Source: an uncultured virus (IMG/VR IMGVR_UViG_3300030098_002069) (Duplodnaviria; Heunggongvirae; Uroviricota; Caudoviricetes). Taken from it: a DNA stretch of 64,000 bases. The translations under genes and the position numbers were made by a program. This document shows positions 40,462 to 51,086 of the stretch, in pieces; position 1 is the first letter of the stretch, and each line of letters starts with the position of its first letter. Below the pieces are notes generated by a model, which worked only from the letters and a program-made list of their open reading frames with translations, was not told the origin of the DNA and did not search any database. The stretch is from IMG/VR virus record IMGVR_UViG_3300030098_002069, positions 1-64,000 of that record. One strand, written 5' to 3'.

Positions 40462-40941
40462 GGTAGTTACGGCTAAAACCACCATTCGTAACCAGCGTGG
40501 TCTACCTTATTATCTATACACTAGCTTACATTAACAAGCAAAGCTCGAGCACGCCGACTAAGGGTTGTAAGTTAGTGTAAATTAGCTTATCATATCTCCT
40601 GCGACTCATCGATTGTATTCAACATGAGCGTATACAGTTAAGATTAAATGATAAGCTATATAAGTGCAGATGTTTAGAACCACAAGTGTCACGTAAAAGC
40701 TGTTACAATACCAGCGTGGGGCAACAGCACATCTGCACAAATTGTTATAACAGACGCTGGGATGGACTATGAATAAGGTAGTTGAGAACCTTGAAACATG
40801 GATAACATAAGAGATTCGCCATGAACATCCCAGAAGATTTATTGATAGTTATTTTTTTTAGAGTTAAATTAGTATATAGGGGAAGTGGGTCTTTTTTCAA
40901 TTATCAACTCCTTTGATATGGTTAAAACCTGCTTCCTCTAT
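40458..40941 (+). ncRNA. tandem cluster of six stem-closed RNA modules
   Basis: ORF-free 480 nt; closing stems at 40458-40510, 40517-40579, 40583-40658, 40664-40738, 40757-40833, 40876-40941. Confidence 0.6.
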
Positions 40942-40961
40942 TTCTGCATTCTAACAAAACT

Positions 40962-42524
40962 ATGGAGTTGTATATGAAATGTTATTATCATCCCGATATA
41001 ACTCTACAACACCAAGAAGTATCATATCGGGATTACACACAGCCTCAGGATGATGTACTGGGGGAATCAAGAAACAAAATTCAAGATGTTCTGTATTGCC
41101 CTGCGTGTTTTGAAGAACATGCAGATAAAGGTAAGCCAATGGAACAAAATTTGGTAGCAGACCATTTTGAATATACTATTACACCTGATGAATTAAGACA
41201 GATTGAATCAGATATTGAAACAAATATTGAAAATCAGGTTAATGAAAGGATGACATGATGAATAAACTGTCATTTGTAGGACAACTTAGTAAAACATTAG
41301 GTTATGTTGCTTTTGCATTAAACAATGTAATCCGTTTTGCAGGTAGTACTACACAACGTATTACAGATAGAATAACAAGTATCGATAGATATAATATAGA
41401 AATACTTGTTAACGGAGCTACTATGGTAGAGCATAAGAATCAATCAGCTGCACAATTATCTAGATTGTTAACAACAATGGATAACTTTGGTGTTACTGAG
41501 GTAATTATAACAAAAAAGATAAAGGCTGATGATGTTTCAAGTAATACAAAAGTCAAAGACTGATGCAAAAACACGGATTTGGAAAAGTGACCTATATAAA
41601 AAAACATGGGAAGAAGTTTACGCTGATATTGATAAAAAAAACGACACAGGATACTATAAAGGTCAAAAAATAACATACTATTCTAAAATACAAGACAAAA
41701 AAGAGCTAACAGAAGTGATCCCAAAATTCTATGAAAGAAATATGGGTACATTTAAAACACTAGATATAGCTAAGTCTGTAGTAGAAAAGTGTAATCTTGG
41801 GTTCCCTAGTATGGAACATGAGATAGTTGAAAAATAACTCAACGGGGAAGACATTAGATTAAACAGTTAAGGAATTTTCTGTTTTCGACCTCTTCCCCTG
41901 CGAGTAAAACAAAGGAGTTAACATGAAAAATATATCTTCAACACGTGAACTATTTATTAAAATACAAAAATTTTTAGATAGTTTAGGTTCAGGTAAACCA
42001 TTTAGTGTAAAATACGCAAAAGAGCTAAGTAACGATATATCAGTACTTAGAGGAATGGTTGATGAAGAAGTAGCTAGTTATCAACAAGAACATGAGTAAG
42101 AAAATAAGAGCAATATCATTTGATAATGCTAGAGAAATAAATACATTGGTATCAGTATTAAAAAGAGCTTCTAGTGCAATAGAACAAAAATATTATACTG
42201 AAGACGAAAGAATACAGATCAAAAAACTATTATCTGTAACATTAGAAGTTCAACAAATGTTTTTCGAAGGAGAAAAAGATGCCATTAATAAGTAACTGTT
42301 GTGGTGCAGAAGATGTGTCCCCTTTTGGAGATGCATCTTATAGTGATATGAAAGTATGCCCAGATTGCAAAGAACATTGTGTCTTTGAATGCTATGAGCA
42401 TAATCCAGTATATCAACAACCAGAACCAGAAAATAACGTACAAGAAGCATACTATTGCGATGAATGTGGTGAAGGACTACCACTTTTAGAGCAAGATATT
42501 ATGCTTGAGGCAAAGGAGGAATAA
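40962..42524 (+). other. run of small hypothetical genes (40962-41258, 41255-41563, 41529-41837, 41923-42099, 42092-42295, 42279-42524)
   Basis: Packed co-oriented ORFs with RBS or overlaps. Confidence 0.7.
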
Positions 42525-43549
42525 TGCCTGATTTTATTGACACAATGATGTATGTTGGTGAAACACCTTGGCACAAAGAGGGTGTCAAGTTAGAAAGACC
42601 ACCAACAATCAACGAAGCACTTAACCACTCAGGATTGATGTGGGAAGTGCAAAAAAGACCTACATATTACAATCTTAATCCAAGTATATATGGTTCTAAT
42701 TCATCAAATAACGAATCAGAAGAAGGATTTGGGAATGTAAGTACTGGACATTTTGTAACAGTACGTACAGATACACAACAAGTATTGGGACATGTATCTG
42801 GTAGGTATGAAGTATTACAGAATCGTGAAGCTTTTGAACCATTTGAACCGATGTTAGATATGGGATTTACCCTAGAAACAGCAGGTGCAGTACAAGATGG
42901 TAAAAAGATATGGGTACTTGCAAAAGCACCTGAATCTTCAATGGTTGGAAATGATGTAATAGACCAATATGTATTATTATATACATCTCACGATGGTTCA
43001 GCTGGTAGTACATTTAGACCTACAGCTGTAAGAGTTGTGTGTTATAATACACTTGAATTAGCACTTTCTAGAGAAAGTAAATGGAACTATAAATTAAAAC
43101 ATACTAGTAGTATTAGAGATAGAGTAAAGAATCTCACTAGTATTATAGAAAGATCCAATGGTGACTTTAGAACTGCTATAGATGATATGAATAGGTTTCA
43201 AGATAGATATATTAACGAAGATGAGTTAAAATTATATCTAGAAACAGTCATACCATTTCTAAAGAATAGGCACAAAGAAAGTATTCCAGAAATGGGTATC
43301 TTTGTTCGCAACACAGCAAAACCTGTGTACGATAAAATTGTAGATAACTTCTACAATGGAAGAGGAAACAATGGTGAAACATTGTGGGATGCTTATAATG
43401 CTATTACTGAATATTATACTCATGATAAAGAATATAAAGACTGGGTAAAACAAACACAGTTTGGTAAACCATATGATTATAAAGTAAAAGCATTTAAAGT
43501 TGCTAAAATGATTGCAAATGTTGATATGGAAGATATTACTATCAACTAA
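42524..43549 (+). CDS. DUF932/DUF945 family protein
   Basis: MMYVGETPWH, RYEVLQNREAF, ETAG...GKKIWVLAK, SHDGS, VRVVCYNTL, TLWDAYNAITEY. Confidence 0.88.
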   Translation: MPDFIDTMMYVGETPWHKEGVKLERPPTINEALNHSGLMWEVQKRPTYYNLNPSIYGSNSSNNESEEGFGNVSTGHFVTVRTDTQQVLGHVSGRYEVLQNREAFEPFEPMLDMGFTLETAGAVQDGKKIWVLAKAPESSMVGNDVIDQYVLLYTSHDGSAGSTFRPTAVRVVCYNTLELALSRESKWNYKLKHTSSIRDRVKNLTSIIERSNGDFRTAIDDMNRFQDRYINEDELKLYLETVIPFLKNRHKESIPEMGIFVRNTAKPVYDKIVDNFYNGRGNNGETLWDAYNAITEYYTHDKEYKDWVKQTQFGKPYDYKVKAFKVAKMIANVDMEDITIN

Positions 43550-43691
43550 CTGCATCCTCTATTTATGGGGGAAAACTTAATAATATCTTATAGTAATTAT
43601 TGAGTGCCTCAGAGAAGTGGCTGGTGGTTGTCTGCAGCACAAACCTAACAAAACACTCCCCATAATAACTTAAACAAAAAAAGGAACAAAT

Positions 43692-44363
43692 ATGAAAAAT
43701 AAAGTATTTGAGACACTAAGTAAAATAAATGTTAATGATATGACAGAAAAGAAAGGTCGTTTTACGTACCTATCTTGGTCAGACGCAGTTAACGCAGTTA
43801 AAAATGAGTTTCCAGATACTACATGGAAAAATCATGAGTTTGTTATAGAACATAAAGAAGGTAAATATACAATACCTTATATGTTAGACCCTATAACAGG
43901 ACATGGTTTTGTAAAATGTACAGTAACTATTGAAGGGCAAGAACATGAACACACACACCCTATACTTAATCATTTAAACAAGCCTATTGCTAAACCTGAT
44001 GCATTTGCTATTAATACAGCACAGCAGCGTTGTTTAGCTAAATGCCTTAGTTTACATGGTTTAGGGTTATATATCTATCAAGGCGAAGATCTTCCAGTTC
44101 TTACTAAAGAAGAAGAAGACCAGCAAGAAATAGATAAGGTTTATGATAGACCAGAAACATTGTTAAATGGTAAAACACCTGTAGAAGGTGGCATTACAGT
44201 CGATCAAAATGTTAAACTAGACAGATTATCACGTGACCCTGCATTAAAAGGAACAGATACACAGTCAGTTATTAAAACATATATCGACACAATGCCAACT
44301 AAAGAAAGTGCTGACAGAGCAATAACTAAATTACAAAACAAAATAAAGGAAGCTAAGAAATGA
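43692..44363 (+). CDS. Sak-like ssDNA annealing protein (DUF1071, Rad52-like)
   Basis: EKKGRFTYLSW, INTAQQRCLAKC..LHGLGLYIYQGEDLP. Confidence 0.88.
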   Translation: MKNKVFETLSKINVNDMTEKKGRFTYLSWSDAVNAVKNEFPDTTWKNHEFVIEHKEGKYTIPYMLDPITGHGFVKCTVTIEGQEHEHTHPILNHLNKPIAKPDAFAINTAQQRCLAKCLSLHGLGLYIYQGEDLPVLTKEEEDQQEIDKVYDRPETLLNGKTPVEGGITVDQNVKLDRLSRDPALKGTDTQSVIKTYIDTMPTKESADRAITKLQNKIKEAKK

Positions 44364-44941
44364 GATTAGGAACTACAAATAACAGTACCTCTAACACTTC
44401 GAGTGGTGGAGGTTACAGAACTGTAGAAAAAGTTAAACATGTTACTATAAGATACGATGAGAAACCAGCAAAGTACATGAAATATAATAGTGATGTATGC
44501 TTAGATGTAACATTCACTAGGACACGTAAAGATGGTGAACCTTACGATAAAACATTTACTATATCTGGTAATTTTAATCGTGAAAAGAAAACTTGGGGTT
44601 CAGCATTTAAGGTACAGCGTTTCTTTGAAGTATGTGATGTAGACACTAAAGACATAAATGATGACTGGAGTATACCAGACTCTTGGCTAGATATGGTAGT
44701 AGGTAAAGAATTTTCTTTTATCTCTTATCCATCTACTAGAAAGAAAGAAGATGGTAGTCCATATTGGAATGATTATGATTTAGTAATGCATCCTAACAAA
44801 GGTTCAGACGCACACAAATCTGAATTTATGAAATCTGTTAATGACGGATGGGTAAAAGATTACTCAACTAATAGTGCATTAGGAGATTTCGAAGCTGGTT
44901 CTGGTAAAGTAGACCTTAATTCTGAGGAACTTTCTTTATAG
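44360..44941 (+). CDS. probable ssDNA-binding protein
   Basis: Follows Sak; beta-rich with acidic tail. Confidence 0.5.
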   Translation: MRLGTTNNSTSNTSSGGGYRTVEKVKHVTIRYDEKPAKYMKYNSDVCLDVTFTRTRKDGEPYDKTFTISGNFNREKKTWGSAFKVQRFFEVCDVDTKDINDDWSIPDSWLDMVVGKEFSFISYPSTRKKEDGSPYWNDYDLVMHPNKGSDAHKSEFMKSVNDGWVKDYSTNSALGDFEAGSGKVDLNSEELSL

Positions 44942-45213
44942 TGTCAGTACCAACTATTAATCATATTCTGAAGAAATGGTTACGCAGAAGATTAGATCAG
45001 GGAAATTTCGTAGTCGCATCTCACGAAATTGAAACTGATTTACCTGCTTATGGTAGAGAATACTGGGGGAGACAACATACCCCCAGTACCTACTCTAGAG
45101 CATGGCGTGATTTTAAATCAGGAGATGATATGATAGACATAGATGTAATAAGTATCGAACCAATAAAAAATGAAAGCAAACAAACATCATGGATACTAAA
45201 GACTGGTATTTAG
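44941..45213 (+). CDS. hypothetical protein, possibly DNA-binding
   Basis: Coupled between SSB and primase; TPSTYSRAWR. Confidence 0.55.
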   Translation: MSVPTINHILKKWLRRRLDQGNFVVASHEIETDLPAYGREYWGRQHTPSTYSRAWRDFKSGDDMIDIDVISIEPIKNESKQTSWILKTGI

Positions 45214-47027
45214 AATACGCAGTTGGCAGCATATCTAACAGAATGAATATCTGTAGAGTTGACGAGTTTAGTGATATTGTTAAAAAGAATTTTGGTCAAG
45301 AGATATACAACAGTATGTTTCTATATAATCACGATATTATAGACCACGTTAACAAAACAGGTAGTGTTTCAGAGTTTAACGGTGAACAAGCAATAGATAA
45401 AATAGTTCTAGATATTGACCTAGTAGGAGAAAAGTCTGGAGACAAAACAAAAGATAAACTATTAGAATTAGTAGATGTTATGAATGGCAAAGGCATTGGT
45501 AACGAACTAATACAATTATGGTTTTCAGGTTCTGGATTTCACATCCACATACCAAATATCTATGGTTTTGAACCATCAAATAACATAGCTAAGATAGTAA
45601 GAGCTACTTTACAAAGAGATTTTGGAAACTATATAGATATGATCTATGATAGTAGAAGATTAATACGCTCTGGGTATTCATGTAACAAAAAAACTAGTTG
45701 TTATAAGATACCCTTATCTCTGCAAGAAGTCGAGCTTTGGGACTATGATAGCATAAAGGACTTCGCTAAAAAGATCCGAAATGACTGGATACCCCCAAAG
45801 TTCGATGCAGATAAAGACTACAAGCTAAACGACTTTGAACCAATGGACATAAGTCGTAAAAACTCGAATGAACATCGTAAGATATTCGAAAATCGTAGAG
45901 GAATTACAACCAGATGGATAACATGTGCACAACACATTTATAATGATGGTGAAGTTCCAAACATGAGACACAAGAATCTACTAAGAGTAGTTAGTTTGTG
46001 GATAAGACATTATGGATTTGATAAAATAGCCTGTGATAACCTCGCAAGAGCATATATGTCAAAAATGAATAATCCACTACCAGCTGACGAAGTTAGTAGA
46101 CTTGTTGCTGACGCATATAAAATAGGTGGCTATAAATATGGATGCGATGATGAAATACTAAGCCAATATTGTGATAGTAAATGCACTTTATTTAGATTTA
46201 AGAATCTAGATGAAGAAAGCAAAGTACTAAACTCCGATGAAATGGTTGATATGTTAGTAAACTACTTAAATACAGATTTCTCTGATAAGTCATTTAATTT
46301 AAAGGATATATTCCCTTTTATGCAAAATGACTTCTTATTTAGAGGTGGTGAACTAGCAATGTTAATAGGAGACACAAAACTTGGTAAAACTGCATTCTGG
46401 CAATACATAATAGCTAATCTACCAAAAGTAAGCACCTTATTCTTATCATTAGAAGTGGATAAAGAAAAGATCACTAGAAGATTTATTCAACAAACACTTA
46501 AAATGAATAAAGAAGAAGTGGAAAAATTACTAAAAGAACGAGACTCATATGTAATTAACAAAGCTAAAGAAGTTATGAGCAATATAAGCCTCACAACTGC
46601 TGCAGAAGCACCTGATATAACACAGTATTCTGAACTCATTGAGAAAAGTAATGCTAAAATAGTCGTTGTAGATACAATTGATAGAGTGAAAGCTAGGTAC
46701 GCTAAGAATGACCTACTTCAAAAACAAAACTATATCATAAACGAACTAAAAGACCTAGCAATGAAAGAAGAAGTTATTATATTAGGAGTATCACATATAT
46801 CAAAAGGAGCATCTTTTAGATTAAAAGAAGGCGAACGATTAGATATACATAGTGGTAAAGGCAGTAGTGATATGGAGCAAAAAGCTGATACAATAATTAG
46901 CTTTGAAGGTGATAGAAACATGAGCAGCAAACGTAGAGTAGAAGCGTTAGGTGCTCGTGATAATACACCATTCGAATTACTAGTTAACTTCGATTGGAAG
47001 ACTTTTACATTTAGTAAAAGAACATAA
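45189..47027 (+). CDS. primase-polymerase (AEP) fused to SF4/DnaB-like helicase
   Basis: LDID, FSGSGFHIH, RLIR AEP motifs; Cys cluster; Walker A GDTKLGKT, LSLE, VVVDTID, GSSDMEQKAD. Confidence 0.88.
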   Translation: MDTKDWYLEYAVGSISNRMNICRVDEFSDIVKKNFGQEIYNSMFLYNHDIIDHVNKTGSVSEFNGEQAIDKIVLDIDLVGEKSGDKTKDKLLELVDVMNGKGIGNELIQLWFSGSGFHIHIPNIYGFEPSNNIAKIVRATLQRDFGNYIDMIYDSRRLIRSGYSCNKKTSCYKIPLSLQEVELWDYDSIKDFAKKIRNDWIPPKFDADKDYKLNDFEPMDISRKNSNEHRKIFENRRGITTRWITCAQHIYNDGEVPNMRHKNLLRVVSLWIRHYGFDKIACDNLARAYMSKMNNPLPADEVSRLVADAYKIGGYKYGCDDEILSQYCDSKCTLFRFKNLDEESKVLNSDEMVDMLVNYLNTDFSDKSFNLKDIFPFMQNDFLFRGGELAMLIGDTKLGKTAFWQYIIANLPKVSTLFLSLEVDKEKITRRFIQQTLKMNKEEVEKLLKERDSYVINKAKEVMSNISLTTAAEAPDITQYSELIEKSNAKIVVVDTIDRVKARYAKNDLLQKQNYIINELKDLAMKEEVIILGVSHISKGASFRLKEGERLDIHSGKGSSDMEQKADTIISFEGDRNMSSKRRVEALGARDNTPFELLVNFDWKTFTFSKRT

Positions 47028-47086
47028 CAATGATAGGGCACTTATTCCTTTATTTGTGCCCTATTACACATACTAAAGGACTTATT

Positions 47087-48151
47087 ATGGGTAAAATAAT
47101 AATCAACATAAAAGAAGACAAACTGTATAGCGTAGAAGGCATAGACACCGAAGTTGAAATAAGAGATAACGAACAAACACATTACATGATATTTAGAAAG
47201 CAGGAAGAAATATATGAAAGAGGCAAAGCAGATAACTATTTTCGGGATACCGATCATCAAATTTCTATGGAGAAAAGATCCTGAATACCACAGTTTTAAG
47301 ATAATTTTAATAAGAACATTTTTAGTAGGATGTGGATATGCATTACACGAAGAAGCAGAGCATATACACATAAGTATAGGTATAACAAGACTAGAGCTTT
47401 TCTGGAGTTTTAGTATAAAGAAAAGGTGGTTAATGTGAATAAAGATGAAAAACTATTTGCAGAAGAATGTATACAGCTACAGCAAAGAGTTGCTAATATA
47501 TTAAATAGTTATGTAGATAAATCTAAAATACTTAATGAATCAGAAATGATGGGAGTAATTATAACAGTATTAGCAGATACTTTATGTAATACATTTACAT
47601 TTAATAAAAGAAGTAAAAAAGAAGTTATGAAGTTCTTCGAGTCTAGACTTGACCATAATTACAATTATAATGAAAAGGAAGTAGGAGAAGCATGAAGAAC
47701 TTAACAGATAAATGGAATAAAATTGCAGCAGACCAGCTGCTTGGTAAACAAATAGTAAAAGTAGAATATATGTCATCAAAAGAATGTGAATTACATGGCT
47801 GGTATAATAGACCAGTAATGTTTCAATTAGATGATGGCAATTGGATATATCCATCTCAAGATGATGAAGGTAATAATGGAGGAGCATTATTTACTAATGA
47901 TAAGAAAGAATGGGTTTTACCCGTTCTTAGTATAGGAGATTAATATGGCTAAAAATGAATGGAATGTAGTACTTAGAAAAGGCGGTAATGAAATGCACGT
48001 AGCAAATGGTTATCAATCTATATTTATAGGAGAAACTGATGAGTACGTACCTAAAGAATCTATGAAAAGAACTAGGACTATATCTTATATTATAAAAGAT
48101 GCTTTAAATAATAAAAATCCATATCCATATGAAAATGAGGATATAAAATGA
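47087..48151 (+). other. small hypothetical genes (47087-47284, 47214-47438, 47426-47695, 47692-47943, 47945-48151)
   Basis: Packed co-oriented ORFs. Confidence 0.6.
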
Positions 48152-48480
48152 GTGGAAAAGCACCTAAACAAAAAGGTAACAGAATAGAACGTGAGTGTGT
48201 GAATCAAGCTAAAGAATTTGGCTTTAAATCTAAACGAGCGTGGGGTTCTGATGGCAGGTCACTCGGATGGCACGAAGAAGTAGACATGACAATTACTATA
48301 GGAGATAGTCTAAAACACGACTTATTCAAGTTTCAAGTCAAAGGTCGTAAAAAGATTGGAGACCTATATAAACCTTGTGACGAAGTATATGGACAAATAA
48401 TCAAAGAAGATCGTAAAGACGCTTTAGTTACTATACGATACAAAGACTTGTTAACGCTCTTTAAGAGAATAACAGGATAA
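48148..48480 (+). CDS. Holliday junction resolvase (Hjc-like)
   Basis: KQKGNRIERE...RAWGSDG...VD...FQVK. Confidence 0.8.
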   Translation: MSGKAPKQKGNRIERECVNQAKEFGFKSKRAWGSDGRSLGWHEEVDMTITIGDSLKHDLFKFQVKGRKKIGDLYKPCDEVYGQIIKEDRKDALVTIRYKDLLTLFKRITG

Positions 48481-48544
48481 CTTTAACTAATAAACTAACG
48501 AAAGGACTGTTTCGTATGTGGTTTATAAAGTTAAGGCTGATAAT

Positions 48545-48577
48545 AAAGGGGTGTTGGTTGGCGTTAGCACCCCTTTT
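48545..48577 (+). terminator. intrinsic terminator
   Basis: AAAGGGGTGTTG...TAGCACCCCTTTT. Confidence 0.7.
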
Positions 48578-48674
48578 AAACAAGGAGTTTAAATGGATAA
48601 CAACACAAAACTAGAAATTCAACGATTATTAGACGAACTAAAGAAAAATATAGAAAAACTAGAGGAAGTTATAG

Positions 48675-48950
48675 ATGAGTCGTATGATACAGGAGTTTTT
48701 GGAAAAGACTACTAATAAAGTAATACCTAAAAAACAAAATAAACAAAAAGCTGGTTTATCTAATAAAGCAGATAGAACAATTAAATATTGTGAAAATTGC
48801 TCATATTGCTGGGAACCAGAATATAATGCAACTAGACAAAAGTCAAAATGTATAATATTATACTATGAAGACTTTCCAAATTACAAAAAACCAAGAGGGG
48901 AGTGTCCTAAATGCGTAAACTTACGAAAGAGGAATACGAAGATAAGCTAA
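48675..48950 (+). CDS. small zinc-ribbon protein
   Basis: YCENC...YEDFPNY...CPKC; resembles 12449-12706. Confidence 0.6.
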   Translation: MSRMIQEFLEKTTNKVIPKKQNKQKAGLSNKADRTIKYCENCSYCWEPEYNATRQKSKCIILYYEDFPNYKKPRGECPKCVNLRKRNTKIS

Positions 48951-49059
48951 ATATTGCAATAAACGGATTTGATGATATTATTACTATTCATAGTGATAGC
49001 GGTACTCTTAAAAAGATAGCTAAGCTAACATTAGAAAAAATAATAGAAAGGGAAATTAA

Positions 49060-50951
49060 ATGATTAACATAGATAAAATAATAAAAGATATATTAGAAAG
49101 ATATAGAGGCATAAATCTTAATTATGACGCTGTTATACAAAAGTTAACCTATGAACTATCTACTGCTGTATTAGAAGAATATGGTAAAGAAATAAATAAA
49201 CAAAGTGATAGAACACTTAAAATGTTAAAAGATACATTTGAAGAATCTAAATTTGCCATTCAGGCATCTGATAATGAGGAGGAAGAATGAACATAAAACA
49301 TAAACTAATAAATCTAATAGATAAACTAGAAAAATCTATAGGAGAAAACAGTCGAAGCGTTTGGATGCATGATTTAAGTGATACAGTCTATGCAAGTTTT
49401 TCAGAACCTACTGATTATCACTTAATTGATAGCGAAGGTAAAGTTGAAGTAGTTGAATACAAAGGCTGGTCAAAAGAATTTGACAACTTAAAAGAAACAA
49501 TATATAACATGGAGGCACAATGAATAAAAAACAAATCAAAGAAGTCTTTAAAAACTATAAAGTGCAGCTAGGTGCTGGTGCTTTAGAAGTTCTTGAAGAT
49601 GAATTAGCCCGTTATGTAAGAATAATGGCTGTTAACTGCAACAATGGAAACCTAAAAAGGCTTACCCCAGACACTATGTGGGTAGCTTTAGGTAGACATG
49701 AATTATAATGGAATATTATGAACTTCAACCCGTTATTAAACATTCCAATGGAGAAATAGAACATGCTGCTAGAGTATGTTCTGTCTGCAATGCTGGAATG
49801 TTAAGTGGCTACGTATTATGGAATGGAGAAGAATATGCTTGTGATGACAAATGTCTTTGTAAACTAAAAGATCACAAAGGTAATCTATGGACATTAGAAT
49901 CATTTAGTGATTATTTTGAAAATTGCGAGCTTGAGCATGAATTTGATACAAGTGATTGCTATTGGACTGATTGGTATGAATGTGATGAATACGAATGTCA
50001 TATATGTGAAGCAATAATAGGAGAAAAAAACAACAAATAAAGGAGGAAACATGGGAGCATGGGATAAATTATACATAGAAGTAGGTAGATTTAAAGATGC
50101 ATCAGAAGCATATGATCAACTTGTTGAAGAAGAAATATACGAACATGGACATGATGGTTATAATGGTACAATATCTACATCAGAAGGATTCTTTATGAGA
50201 GAAGACCACCCTAGATACGGAACAAAGAAATGGGATGATTTCTATGAGAAAACATTAGATGGAACAAAGTTTTCTAATTGGAACTGTATCGAAATAAAAG
50301 GTTCTTTTCTAAAGAAACTTAAAGAAGACTATGGCTACAAAAACAAAAGAAATATAAAAGCTTTTGTATTTTGGGGATTAGCTGCAACATGAAAAAGAAT
50401 ATCTATGCTCATAGTATACTTTCATTAATCCTAAATGACCTAGGACAGAAAATAAATTATGAGCATAAATATGCAGACACAGACAAAGTATTATTTCATG
50501 ATGGAGCACATCATGGATATATATGTGGCTTAGATGATGCTTGTGGTATTATACAAAAATATCAAAAAAGAATACGAAATAAACCATTAACAAAGGAGGT
50601 ATAATGGGTTACAGGTCAGAAATAATAGCTGGAGTACCAGCTGAACGTAAAGAAGAAGCACTAGCGATAATTAATGAGTGGGATGAAGTTTCTGAAACAG
50701 ATGATACATTTTATATGCATGCATATGAATGGAAATGGTATGATGCTTATGATGATGTCGCCAAGTTTAATAAGTTTATTAGTAAGCTAGAAGACGAATA
50801 CCAAGGAACAGAACATAAACCATTTTTAATAGGATTAGGTGAAGATGGAGCTTGTCATACTAGACTAGGTGAACCATATGAACATGATATATATGAAACT
50901 TCATATATAGAATCACCTATTAAATGGAAATCATGGATAATTGATAAATAA
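49060..50951 (+). other. small hypothetical genes (49060-49290, 49287-49523, 49520-49708, 49708-50040, 50051-50392, 50389-50604, 50604-50951)
   Basis: Packed co-oriented ORFs with RBS. Confidence 0.7.
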
Positions 50952-51086
50952 TCATGATAATTATAACATTGTGGGAATGGGTATTAAACTTATTTATCTT
51001 TAGTATAAGCTTAGTATTAACACTACTAAGCGTAGCAGGATTTATACTATTAATATACATTCTTAAACAACCCAAAGGAAATAGTA

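Noticed and set aside
40458..40941. tRNA cluster
   Set aside because: Units are tRNA-sized, but I found no TTCRA T-loop, D-loop GG or cloverleaf
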